Source: Candidatus Thorarchaeota archaeon (GTDB lineage: Archaea; Asgardarchaeota; Thorarchaeia; Thorarchaeales; Thorarchaeaceae). Taken from it: 50,540 nt of DNA. Positions 37,102-46,255 of the stretch are shown here, piece by piece. Position 1 is the first letter of the stretch, and every line of letters begins with the position of its first letter. The position numbers and the translations under genes were made by a program. Location of the stretch: positions 1 through 50,540 of the forward strand of contig JABCTJ010000129.1 of NCBI GenBank assembly GCA_018238375.1, given 5' to 3'. The notes under the pieces are model-generated. The model was not told where the DNA came from and ran no database searches. It saw nothing but the letters and a program-made list of their open reading frames with translations.

Positions 37102-39923
37102 TCCGCATACTGAATTTCTTCTGCGATGTTAAGACTGAGATTCCTACGTGTAACTACGTAGGTCGCTGCCAGTGCAAAAAAGAAACTGGCGCTCAGGATT
37201 GCTGTTAGCAGCAACCAGGGAACTCCCAAGATTACTGGTAACCGAGCCCAACTGAGTGTCGAAGCCATGCCGATGTAGGCCAAGGGCATGTTGATCACAA
37301 GTGCAGTAAGGGCTAAGCCAATCACCGCGCCGACTCCTGCACCGATAAGAACTCCCAATGTTGTATCTGCAAGAACAGCTAATGCAATATCGCTTGATTG
37401 CTCGCCCAATGCTCTCAAAATTGAGAGCTGTTTCCTCATCTTTCTTACCCGCACAGCTGCAACTATCGTCATACCTGCTGTGAGGTATATGAGAGTGAAG
37501 AGCACGTTTAGTGTGTAGACACCGTATAGTGACTGTGCTGCCTTGGAATCTAGTGCTTCATCTATATCATCCAACGGTGTTTTCACGCTACCGAAGCTAT
37601 TGGGTGATATAGCGTGCAGGTCCGAAACTGCTTTCGTGTAGTTGTAACCGTCTTGAAGCTTGATGAAGAACTTCGTCACATGAGTTGTATTGAGGCAACT
37701 GTGAGCGTAATCCAAATCGATTACTATGAAATTATTAGCCATGGGCTCCCCTGGGAGATAGGTTGTAGCTCCTTGGTCACTAGAGGCCATTACGTCAACG
37801 ATTGTACAATCAGTCACATTATTCCAAGCTGGACCCCTGATACTGAGAGTTATCTGATCCGAGTAGACTGGTATGGGTATCCCAAGAAAGCTGGTTACAT
37901 AGTGACTAATGGGTTTGAAGGATGTAACAACATCAGTGTTATCCGCAGACAGCAATGGGATTGACACTTGAGGTGTGTTGTATAATGTGAAGTACGACAA
38001 CATGAATGCCGACCGTACCCATTCTTCTGGCTGCACTGCGATTACGTTGATGGAGTCGTTAGCATATTCTCTGCTACCCCATTGAGTCGTATAGTAGTAT
38101 GAGGCGTATGCATTGAACTCAAGAGCAGCGCTTGAGTGTTCCACCCCTTCGATACTGGAGATGTTCTCCAGCAGACCTAGAGTCACATTTTCAAGACCTG
38201 TCTTGACATCGATGACAACGTCTGCCCCATCTTGAAACATGTAGAGGTCCGTCATGTGATTGTAACCGGTAGTGGCGGAAATTGAAGCAAAGATGCCCGC
38301 TGCGAACACCATTGCAATGAACATGGTTCCCATCGCCTCACTCTTCTTGAAGAGTTTAACAGTTCTTGACATTAGACGGACTCCCACGGTCAGTCGCGAT
38401 TTCTCCATCTTTTCTAGGAGTCCTGCCTTGATTCTAGATGTTGGACGTGACATCAAACGTGCCAGAGATATTGTGAAGATTCCAAGAAGTGGTGCTGCAA
38501 TTATCATGTATGCCATGTATGATGCTATGTAGAATCCTCCAAAGGACATCATGAGGAGGAGTGGCATCAGAACATAACCTGACAAAGCTAATGCGAGTAG
38601 TTCAATCACGGGATTGCCCATCTCTTCAGCTTCAGCAAGGACCTCCCGCTCAATAACGCTATGCGCTTCAGTAGGAGTCATTAGAAGAGCTCTGACGGCG
38701 GCAGGCAATGCGACTATCAGCCCGACAACGAATGAGAACATGAAAACAAGAACCACAGCTGTAGGTTGTAGCAGAATGGTCATGTCCGCAAGCTGGGTCA
38801 AGTCAAAGACCATGAGTATTCGTACAGTGCTGGAAAGAAGTGCAGCAAGGGCTCCAGTGAGAACCGCTCCCAAGCTGCCAACAATGCCCGTGATTATTGC
38901 GCTACTAAGAACCCATGTGAAAGCTTGCCACCCTGATGCGCCTCTTGTCTTAAGCATCCCTATGTCTTTTCGTCGTTCATCAGCCAAGAGGTTGGAATTA
39001 TACTGAATGAGCATTATGCCCATTACAATACTTGGGATGGAAAACGCGAGAGCGATAACCCTCATTGAAGTGCTCCACATCGTATATTCATAGACCCCAT
39101 TGAGTAATCCAAATCGTCCGATTCTCACAAAGGGAAGAGCCCTATTCTCAATTGTCTTTCTCAGGTTATCCAGATTTTCAAGGGCTTGTGCGGGATCGGA
39201 ACCAATCACAATGGTGTGGTCCAGATCAACCCAAATTTTCTCTTCAATAGCATCCCATCCGGAATATCCAAGAATTCCAAAGCCATCCTCAATCCCCTGG
39301 CGAGTTGTGATTAAACGCAGAGTTGTGTCCTCTGGTTGGTTCCAGATGATCTGCTCGAAGAATATATTGGATACGAACGTACTTGTTATTCGTAGGCTGT
39401 GGTTGGTCCAAATCTCAGTGCCATTCTCATCCCAATCCCACGTCGATATTGTGTAGTTGTCACCGATTTCAAGCCCCATGTGGTTCAATGTTGCATGTTC
39501 TACATAACATGTATCATTTGTTAGCCCAGGAGCTCCTTCATCCAACTCAATGGCTTGATTGAAAGTTGTGAAGAATGACTGGTTGACGCCGAGGTATGTG
39601 TTCCTCCTGTATCTCCCGTCTTCATATGACCTCCAATCGTAAGAATCCACCACAGCAATGGTTTCTTGCTGAAGCACAGCTTCCTGTTCTGACACCATTT
39701 GTTCTATCTCTTCCATGCTGATGTCATTCTGTGCATAGAATGGTGTGGTGAATAGAATCTCCATGTCAACCTCAACATCGCTTGTCATGTCTGCGAAAAC
39801 ATGTGGTCCTGCGGCATCCATATAAAATAAGATACCACCTAGAACCCCTGCTGAAAGGGAAAATACCAGCAGCGTTGTGAGTAGTTGAGGCCCCCTGGCT
39901 GCCAAGCGTGATAATAGGAACAC
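37098..39923 (-). CDS. large FtsX/MacB-type ABC transporter permease (duplicated FtsX module)
   Basis: 941 aa. It has an N-terminal TM, a large extracytoplasmic domain and a 3-TM bundle, then a second extracytoplasmic domain and a C-terminal FtsX-like bundle (ILRALGEQSSDIALAVL...). The GTG start overlaps the upstream stop by 1 nt. Confidence 0.85.
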   Translation of the reverse strand: MFLLSRLAARGPQLLTTLLVFSLSAGVLGGILFYMDAAGPHVFADMTSDVEVDMEILFTTPFYAQNDISMEEIEQMVSEQEAVLQQETIAVVDSYDWRSYEDGRYRRNTYLGVNQSFFTTFNQAIELDEGAPGLTNDTCYVEHATLNHMGLEIGDNYTISTWDWDENGTEIWTNHSLRITSTFVSNIFFEQIIWNQPEDTTLRLITTRQGIEDGFGILGYSGWDAIEEKIWVDLDHTIVIGSDPAQALENLDNLRKTIENRALPFVRIGRFGLLNGVYEYTMWSTSMRVIALAFSIPSIVMGIMLIQYNSNLLADERRKDIGMLKTRGASGWQAFTWVLSSAIITGIVGSLGAVLTGALAALLSSTVRILMVFDLTQLADMTILLQPTAVVLVFMFSFVVGLIVALPAAVRALLMTPTEAHSVIEREVLAEAEEMGNPVIELLALALSGYVLMPLLLMMSFGGFYIASYMAYMIIAAPLLGIFTISLARLMSRPTSRIKAGLLEKMEKSRLTVGVRLMSRTVKLFKKSEAMGTMFIAMVFAAGIFASISATTGYNHMTDLYMFQDGADVVIDVKTGLENVTLGLLENISSIEGVEHSSAALEFNAYASYYYTTQWGSREYANDSINVIAVQPEEWVRSAFMLSYFTLYNTPQVSIPLLSADNTDVVTSFKPISHYVTSFLGIPIPVYSDQITLSIRGPAWNNVTDCTIVDVMASSDQGATTYLPGEPMANNFIVIDLDYAHSCLNTTHVTKFFIKLQDGYNYTKAVSDLHAISPNSFGSVKTPLDDIDEALDSKAAQSLYGVYTLNVLFTLIYLTAGMTIVAAVRVRKMRKQLSILRALGEQSSDIALAVLADTTLGVLIGAGVGAVIGLALTALVINMPLAYIGMASTLSWARLPVILGVPWLLLTAILSASFFFALAATYVVTRRNLSLNIAEEIQYAE

Positions 39924-42685
39924 TAGACATCACCCCCGTAAGGCCCAGACTCTGCCCACGATGCGTTCAGCGCTTCTGAAAGATTCACTTTCGTACTGAG
40001 GAATGCGATTGTAAGCACGAATACAAGTATGGATACCAAGAAGAAGACGACAATCGTTACAAGCGTAAGCCACGGGATTACTGCAAAGATGGGAACGGGG
40101 AATATGTAATTGGTGATTTGATAGGTCAGTAGAGAATTCATTATCATGAGCGGTCCATATCCCATCAATATTCCTGTACTAACAATGGCTAGAACAAGCA
40201 TCTCAGCACCTTGAGCCTTAACCACCTGGCCTGAGCTAGCCCCCATCGCCCGCAGCAACGCAATCTCCCTTTTCCTGCCTTTGATACCTTCTACTGCGTA
40301 GACTGTGAATGCACCGAATATGATTCCTACCATAACAATGGTGAGCATCGTATCCACTGCACGGTCCATCTGGTAGGTAGTCATTCCCAGATACTCACTG
40401 ACTTCATTTGACACAGAAGCCCAGTCATCACCAACTACCAAATCGCCCCCGGAGAGGAGGGTGTCTTCTGCTATGATTGTATCATTCGCGCCGGCAATCG
40501 CCCTAACGCAGTAAACATTTCGGGCGTCTTGCTCAAGATCAATCAGGGAATCTACATACTCACGATTTATCCACAAGGTTTCTGCGCCTACAGTTCGAAG
40601 CCCCCAAAAGCTATGGCTGGTTGCTTGCAACAAGTTGTTGGAGAGTCCTTCTGCAATACCTATTATCGTGAATACCACGGTTTCTGAAACGCCTGAAACT
40701 GAGGTGGCCGCTCGAAGAGTGTCACCAACCGACACCTCATATTCGACTGCGATGTCATTTGAAATGATTGCTCCAGCAAGTGTAAGCTGAAGCTCCTTGA
40801 GCATATCACTCATATCAGACTCGTTCAATGGTCGCCCGAACTGGTCGTACCCGACTTCCAGATACTCTAGAGGTTCCATTGCCACCGCATCGACTTTGCC
40901 GCCTGTGGCTGAAAGATATAGTCTAGCCACTGAAATCAATGTTCCAGTTTGAGTCAGTTCGTGATTTGTAACATTCTCAATGAAATCGTTCCAGTCAGGG
41001 AGCGCGAATTCGTTTAGACGGAATGTGACATCTGCCCCAAAGGCGAACCTTGCGTGATTCATCTTGGTTAGCGGTATTGATGCTCCAATAACTGCGCTAT
41101 TCCATGCTAGGCTCATTGCTAAGACCAGCACGAGAGCGGCCGGTCCAGCTGAGGATGCTTCCTTTCCAATTCTTCTGATACCTACGATAGCGGGAATCTC
41201 GCCAACAACTCTTTGCAAACCCCGCGAGATGAGATCTGCTCCTCGTCTCATGCCTTTGATTGCAAGGCTAGCAACGGAGAGGAAGAGGGCTAATGGTGCA
41301 ACGGATAATACTAGAGATAGGATTGGGTCGTTCTGTACAGCGGTTCCGCCCATGTAGAGTGCCCCCAAAAGAAATGACGTAAGGATAGCAACCAGAGCAT
41401 CCCACTTGATTATCGTAAGCCCTTTCGCGAACTTAGCGAGCTTGCTTGTTTCATCCTCTTCAGATTTCTTTGTGGAATAGACCGAGCGGTAGACGATGAA
41501 TGTAGTGATTGGTAAGCATATTCCGAAGATAAGAGCTAACACAATCGATTCGATTGTGATGAGGAACGGTTCGGTCCAAAAGCGAGAGAAATCTAATTGA
41601 AAGAACCCCGTAGCTATCATTGCGACTCTGCTGACGGCAGCACCTATTCCCAAGCCCACAAACGAGCTGAGGATTGAGAGTCCCACTGTTTCCCTAAATT
41701 CAATGCTTTCAATCTTCGCCTTGGCTGCTCCCCTTGAGATTAGCATGTTTGACTCGAACCGCCTCTCGTTGATATTATGCCTGATTGCCAGGAATATCAC
41801 CATGCAGGCTAGAACCACGACTCCCGCAGCTCTCAGAACCTGCGTCAATCTCATTATTAACTGCCATGACATGAAGCCTATTATGGCATTTGAGAGACGT
41901 CCACTGACCCAGTATCGCGACCACCGGTTAGGGCTTGGATACGAGGGATCAAGCTCTCTTATCCTCTCTTCGATACTTACCACATACGCCATGGATCCTC
42001 TTGCATCAAATGGGGATATACTTGTCCTGTCAATCTCAATGTGAACCTCGATTTCATCCCATTCCTCCAATACAAGGTCAGGGTGTACGACTCCGATGCC
42101 AGAAATACTATCATATTGGTTGTAGTAGGGTTCATTCGGGTCATAGTCAAATCCTACATATACACCAACAACTGTAAGGGGCATCCCAATCGGTCCATAC
42201 TCACTCCATTCTATAGTCACGTTCACAATGGAACCGATTTCGACCTCAAGATACTCATAGGTAGTCCGCGAAAGAGCAATCTCTGATGTAATATTGGGGA
42301 AGCGTCCAGCCTCGAGATTGAATACTCCAGGAAATGTGTTCAGATAGTCACTTGTGGGTGACGGTAGCATACCCCACCATTCAAGCAGCTCATAACCCCC
42401 ATCGACAAAAAGTTGGCCATGTCGATAGGTGAGAGCGGCTACCTTCTCAACTCCTGGTATGTCACGTATGTTTTCAACTTGGTTTTCAATTCCATCGCCA
42501 TGCACTGCAATGGCTATTGGTCCGACATCAGTGAGGTTATTCCATTCGTTAACAGACTGGGAATCGACATACACTGAAATGCCCATAACCATGGCTGACG
42601 CCAGCAGGAAGCACAGCAGAGTGACGGCTTTGCGCGGCAGACTGTGGAATGCCTGATATCCGACGGGAACGGCAACCATATCCAT
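39923..42685 (-). CDS. large FtsX/MacB-type ABC transporter permease (duplicated FtsX module)
   Basis: 920 aa with the same architecture as its neighbour. The C-terminal FtsX motif region is IALLRAMGASSGQVVKAQGAEMLVLAIV. Confidence 0.85.
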   Translation of the reverse strand: MDMVAVPVGYQAFHSLPRKAVTLLCFLLASAMVMGISVYVDSQSVNEWNNLTDVGPIAIAVHGDGIENQVENIRDIPGVEKVAALTYRHGQLFVDGGYELLEWWGMLPSPTSDYLNTFPGVFNLEAGRFPNITSEIALSRTTYEYLEVEIGSIVNVTIEWSEYGPIGMPLTVVGVYVGFDYDPNEPYYNQYDSISGIGVVHPDLVLEEWDEIEVHIEIDRTSISPFDARGSMAYVVSIEERIRELDPSYPSPNRWSRYWVSGRLSNAIIGFMSWQLIMRLTQVLRAAGVVVLACMVIFLAIRHNINERRFESNMLISRGAAKAKIESIEFRETVGLSILSSFVGLGIGAAVSRVAMIATGFFQLDFSRFWTEPFLITIESIVLALIFGICLPITTFIVYRSVYSTKKSEEDETSKLAKFAKGLTIIKWDALVAILTSFLLGALYMGGTAVQNDPILSLVLSVAPLALFLSVASLAIKGMRRGADLISRGLQRVVGEIPAIVGIRRIGKEASSAGPAALVLVLAMSLAWNSAVIGASIPLTKMNHARFAFGADVTFRLNEFALPDWNDFIENVTNHELTQTGTLISVARLYLSATGGKVDAVAMEPLEYLEVGYDQFGRPLNESDMSDMLKELQLTLAGAIISNDIAVEYEVSVGDTLRAATSVSGVSETVVFTIIGIAEGLSNNLLQATSHSFWGLRTVGAETLWINREYVDSLIDLEQDARNVYCVRAIAGANDTIIAEDTLLSGGDLVVGDDWASVSNEVSEYLGMTTYQMDRAVDTMLTIVMVGIIFGAFTVYAVEGIKGRKREIALLRAMGASSGQVVKAQGAEMLVLAIVSTGILMGYGPLMIMNSLLTYQITNYIFPVPIFAVIPWLTLVTIVVFFLVSILVFVLTIAFLSTKVNLSEALNASWAESGPYGGDV

Positions 42686-42690
42686 TCCTC

Positions 42691-43410
42691 CTATACGACG
42701 CCCTCTACCTGTCCGTCTCGCATCTTGTAGACCTTATCCATCTGCTTGCCTACATCCGGATCATGGGTGACCACAATCAGAGTGCCACCCTCGCCTTTCG
42801 TTAGGTTTATCAGAATCTTCATGATGTCTTCGCCCGTTTGCTGGTCTAAATCTCCCGTTGGTTCATCCGCGAGCACAACAACGGAGCTCGCAGCACCTTC
42901 AGGCTTGGCAAGGGCACGGGCAATTGCCACACGTTGCTGTTCTCCTCCTGAGAGTTCATCCGGTCTGTGTTCAGCTCTCTCTGTGAGACCTACGAGTCCG
43001 ATAAGATGGTCTACTCGTTCCTTTCTAGCAGTTTCCTCTACTCCTGCGATGAGCAGTGGCAGCTCAACATTCTCATACGCTGAAAGTACGGGCAACAGGT
43101 TGAAGAATTGAAATACGAAGCTTATCTTGTTTCGTCGAACTGTGGTGAGTTCTTTTTCGTTCATGCTAGTTATATTGACGCCATCAATTGTAACCGTCCC
43201 CGCGGTAGGCTTGTCGAGAGCGCCGATAAGATTTAACAATGTTGTCTTGCCTGATCCTGATGGCCCCATGATTCCGATGGCCTCACCCTGCTTGACCTGC
43301 AGGCTTACGCCGCGAAGGGCTGGAACAGTGAGCTCACCCATCGTGTAAATCCGTGATACCGAATCGAGGTCTACTATGACGTACTTTTCCACAAATTCCC
43401 TCTCCGTCAC
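42691..43410 (-). CDS. ABC transporter ATP-binding protein (MacB/LolD-type)
   Basis: Walker A GPSGSGKTT, signature LSGGEQQRVAIARAL, Walker B VVLADEPTGDLD and H-loop VTHD are present. Confidence 0.92.
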   Translation of the reverse strand: MTEREFVEKYVIVDLDSVSRIYTMGELTVPALRGVSLQVKQGEAIGIMGPSGSGKTTLLNLIGALDKPTAGTVTIDGVNITSMNEKELTTVRRNKISFVFQFFNLLPVLSAYENVELPLLIAGVEETARKERVDHLIGLVGLTERAEHRPDELSGGEQQRVAIARALAKPEGAASSVVVLADEPTGDLDQQTGEDIMKILINLTKGEGGTLIVVTHDPDVGKQMDKVYKMRDGQVEGVV

Positions 43411-43526
43411 ACGTGTTGTCTGCGGAATCGAATGCCTATAATCATTTCCATCTCTGTATTATAATTTGCAAGGTTAAACAGATGTACTGAGCTTGTTGAG
43501 GCTCCGTGAATTGCGTTCAATCTCAT

Positions 43527-44543
43527 TCACAAGTCCCCTTCTCTTTCGCGATGATTTGCTAAAGTCTGCCCTGAGGTGGATGTTTTTCGGCGAATTTCGA
43601 CTAGCTTGACCAATGAAGTGCTTGCTTGGAATGCAAGGAAGAACGCGACGAAAACTAGGAGTGTATAGTGACCCCAAAACAGAAGACGCGGTCCTTCAAT
43701 GGGAATCGCAACGCCGATTGTGAAGGCGAGGCCTAATGATAAAATGAACCCTGATGAAATTAAGGTTTCAAAGGCCCTCGCTCGGTCTTTGGGTCTTGCC
43801 AAGGAGAGCAAGTTACCGAACAATCGGATTAGGACTAAGAACAGCATAATCACGCTGGCCAAACCAACCAGCTGCATCATTTGCGATGCGGTGTCTGTCC
43901 CATAATTCCACAAATACGATCGATACATTGTTGACCCCGCAGGTGCTATGCTTACCATCGCAATGAAACTAGCAAAGAAATCAACTACAATCTCTATCCA
44001 TGACCTTTCTCCGAAAATACTTGAACTCCCTATGATATTAACTAGTAATAATCTATAGAGAAAATAAACAAGTAACAATACTAGGAAGATGAAACCTAGT
44101 ATAATGACATCAAAAACGGTCTGAACATAGACTTCGTGAGTGGGCGTGACTGAATACGCAACGAGGACAATTACGAGGACGAATAATACAAACCATATCA
44201 GAATAAGCCCCATGGCAGTCCGAATCTGTTTTGGAATTTCCTTAGCGGAACCCCGAACAGATTTGGGGTCCGATTCTTCATATCTGGGTTCTTCATCAGA
44301 AACTTTGTCCTCAACATCTAGGATTGACTTGCTGTATTCTTGAGCGATCTCAGAGGGAGCTCCAAACCTCGCAATGCTTCTTCTAGCTGATTCAATCGAG
44401 ACCTGTCCATGACCTAAGTCCTGGGCCATCTCAATCAAGTAGGTGCGAATCTCATGAATGATTTCATTTGCTATCTCATTCGGTAGATGCGACCGGACGA
44501 GATCCAAGTAATTATCGATTTCTGCATAGGGATCGTTGGTCAT
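43527..44543 (-). CDS. DUF1700/HAAS-like membrane sensor partner of PadR
   Basis: 338 aa. The N-terminal soluble helical domain (YLDLVRSHLPNEIANEIIHEIRTYLIEMAQD...ARFGAPSEIAQEY) is typical of PadR-adjacent DUF1700 proteins. It is followed by an acidic linker and about 6 TM helices. Its start overlaps the padR stop by 4 nt. Confidence 0.75.
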   Translation of the reverse strand: MTNDPYAEIDNYLDLVRSHLPNEIANEIIHEIRTYLIEMAQDLGHGQVSIESARRSIARFGAPSEIAQEYSKSILDVEDKVSDEEPRYEESDPKSVRGSAKEIPKQIRTAMGLILIWFVLFVLVIVLVAYSVTPTHEVYVQTVFDVIILGFIFLVLLLVYFLYRLLLVNIIGSSSIFGERSWIEIVVDFFASFIAMVSIAPAGSTMYRSYLWNYGTDTASQMMQLVGLASVIMLFLVLIRLFGNLLSLARPKDRARAFETLISSGFILSLGLAFTIGVAIPIEGPRLLFWGHYTLLVFVAFFLAFQASTSLVKLVEIRRKTSTSGQTLANHREREGDL

Positions 44544-44917
44544 ATCAAATCAGCCTCATTCAGTAGTCTAGTGAGCTGCTCTGTCAAATCAAGCCAAGTC
44601 CTCGACATCTTTCGAAGCATCTCTTTACCTTCTTTTGTCAAGAAGTACAAGCGCTTTCTCTTTCCTTCGGCTTCAGACCATTCGGCTTCCAGCATACCAC
44701 GTTGCTCAAGTCTCCGAAGCAAAGGATAAGTTGTGCTTGGTTCTACCTGCAAATTATCATACTTCTCTCGATTCAGACGCTTCATTATGTTGTAACCATA
44801 GGATTCTCCATCCAGTATCGCCGCAAGTACTGCCAGCGTGAGCGCGCCACGGCGGGTCTGTATAAGCCACCGGTCGAACTCGATGTTGGCCTTCCTCTTG
44901 CCTGCTTCCTCTGTCAT
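44540..44917 (-). CDS. padR: PadR-family winged-helix transcriptional regulator
   Basis: 125 aa. LAVLAAILDGESYGYNIMKRL...TTYPLLRRLEQRGMLEAEWSEAEGKRKRLYFLTKEG is a textbook PadR wHTH. Confidence 0.92.
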   Translation of the reverse strand: MTEEAGKRKANIEFDRWLIQTRRGALTLAVLAAILDGESYGYNIMKRLNREKYDNLQVEPSTTYPLLRRLEQRGMLEAEWSEAEGKRKRLYFLTKEGKEMLRKMSRTWLDLTEQLTRLLNEADLI

Positions 44918-44949
44918 GGGTTTCGCCTACGCTATTACAACGCTGAAGG

Positions 44950-44982
44950 TATATCGTGTTATATAGTGTGTAATACGATATA
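44950..44982. promoter_or_regulatory. 8-bp perfect inverted repeat TATATCGT-N17-ACGATATA upstream of padR (candidate operator overlapping A/T-rich promoter)
   Basis: Read directly at 44950-44957 and 44975-44982, which is 33-65 nt upstream of the padR ATG (44917) in a 278-bp divergent intergenic region. Confidence 0.4.
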
Positions 44983-45195
44983 TAATTCTTTTGCTACTCC
45001 CATGGCAAAATACTTCCTGCTGTCCTGAGTCGATTCAGCTGACCTGCAAGAATGAAATCCTTGATACGGTCAGTAGAGATACTGAATTGCTTGTCGAAAC
45101 AGTAAGCGTAGATAACATGAAACCATTGACGTAACAATTAGATTTATCTTCAAACGTGACATATTTACTCATAGAATAGTTGAGAGTGTTTTCAC

Positions 45196-45840
45196 GTGGC
45201 AGCCGATGATGTCATCCCAATGAGGTACGAATTCTTCAGTTGGAAAGGATTCTTTGTAGGTTCAGTGAGCATCGCTGTAGCTATGGTTCTCCAGTCGATG
45301 ATTAGCTTTCCTCAGATTTGGGAGATAAGAAGCATGGGCTTCACTATCCTAATTATCGTATCTTCACTTGTTGTTGGATTTGCATCAGGCAGTGTGCTGA
45401 TATTCCTGTTCCCACCTGACCAAGACGTTATCGGTATGGCTGGACTAGGGAGTGATGATCTAACTCAACACATTGCTCTATTCTGGGTGGTTCTGGCTCT
45501 CTTGCAGCCAATGCTGTCTGGTTTCGTGTTCTTTTTTGAGTACTTTGGAACAGATCCATTCGCAATGATTTGGGTACTTGTTGGATTCGCCGCACCCAGC
45601 GCGGGCTTCGCAATAGCAATGTATGACAGAACAAATGCAATAGCAAACGACCTGAAGTTGTATTTCGCTCACAACCAGAGTCTGGACATTGTGTCACTCG
45701 ATTGGCTTCATGGACTAGGGCCTAGAACAGCGGCTTACAGAATGGGCATGCTAGAGAGTGCGGCAGAAAAAGCAGGCGGACTGAGAGTTAGAGGACATCA
45801 AATAGTTCGTATCAGTGACCCATTCCCTATCAACAACTAG
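45196..45840 (+). CDS. hypothetical integral membrane protein
   Basis: 214 aa with a GTG start, 5-6 hydrophobic helices and a soluble C-terminal ~60 aa. I recognise no family. Confidence 0.55.
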   Translation: MAADDVIPMRYEFFSWKGFFVGSVSIAVAMVLQSMISFPQIWEIRSMGFTILIIVSSLVVGFASGSVLIFLFPPDQDVIGMAGLGSDDLTQHIALFWVVLALLQPMLSGFVFFFEYFGTDPFAMIWVLVGFAAPSAGFAIAMYDRTNAIANDLKLYFAHNQSLDIVSLDWLHGLGPRTAAYRMGMLESAAEKAGGLRVRGHQIVRISDPFPINN

Positions 45841-45844
45841 GCTG

Positions 45845-46162
45845 CTAAGCAGGGTGCCTTTTTCTCATATGCGCCGCCAGTCCTTGGTCTGTCCATGCAA
45901 TCCAGTCACATCTAAGACAGCTGAGCTTATTGCTCCCTAGACCGAATCGTGGTGCGGAGCGCTCTCGAAGCTCATAAATTGTGCCGCCATAGCCCGAACT
46001 CCTTCTGGTGTGGATTTTAAATCGTTTCTTGAAGCACTCCCTGCAAATCCCGAGTGTCTTCTGTTTCTCCACTACGAAACTTTCTTCGAGCGTCTTGGCT
46101 GACCCGAATGACTCCATCATCTTCCCGCAGCTCTCGCAGAATTCCGCTATTCTAATCACCAC
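45845..46162 (-). CDS. small zinc-binding protein: N-terminal CxxC...CxxC ribbon plus C-terminal C2H2-type zinc finger
   Basis: 105 aa. CESCGK...CRECFKK is followed by CLRC-x12-H-x4-H (SCLRCDWIAWTDQGLAAHMRKRH), which matches the classical C-x2-C-x12-H-x3-5-H pattern. Confidence 0.55.
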   Translation of the reverse strand: MVIRIAEFCESCGKMMESFGSAKTLEESFVVEKQKTLGICRECFKKRFKIHTRRSSGYGGTIYELRERSAPRFGLGSNKLSCLRCDWIAWTDQGLAAHMRKRHPA

Positions 46163-46255
46163 TTGGCATGTGCACTCATATGGGCGGCGGATATGGTTGC
46201 AGCTTGACAGAGAGTGCTAGTTATATTACTTTTCACTGTGTGAATAGGATGAATC

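Noticed and set aside
37288-43348. Numerous plus-strand ORFs (60-130 aa) across the ABC operon, for example 38614-39006, 41703-42044 and 42746-43111.
   Set aside because: All are antisense to ABC ATPase or FtsX permease genes with canonical motifs. They are Ala/Arg/Ser/Thr-rich shadow frames.
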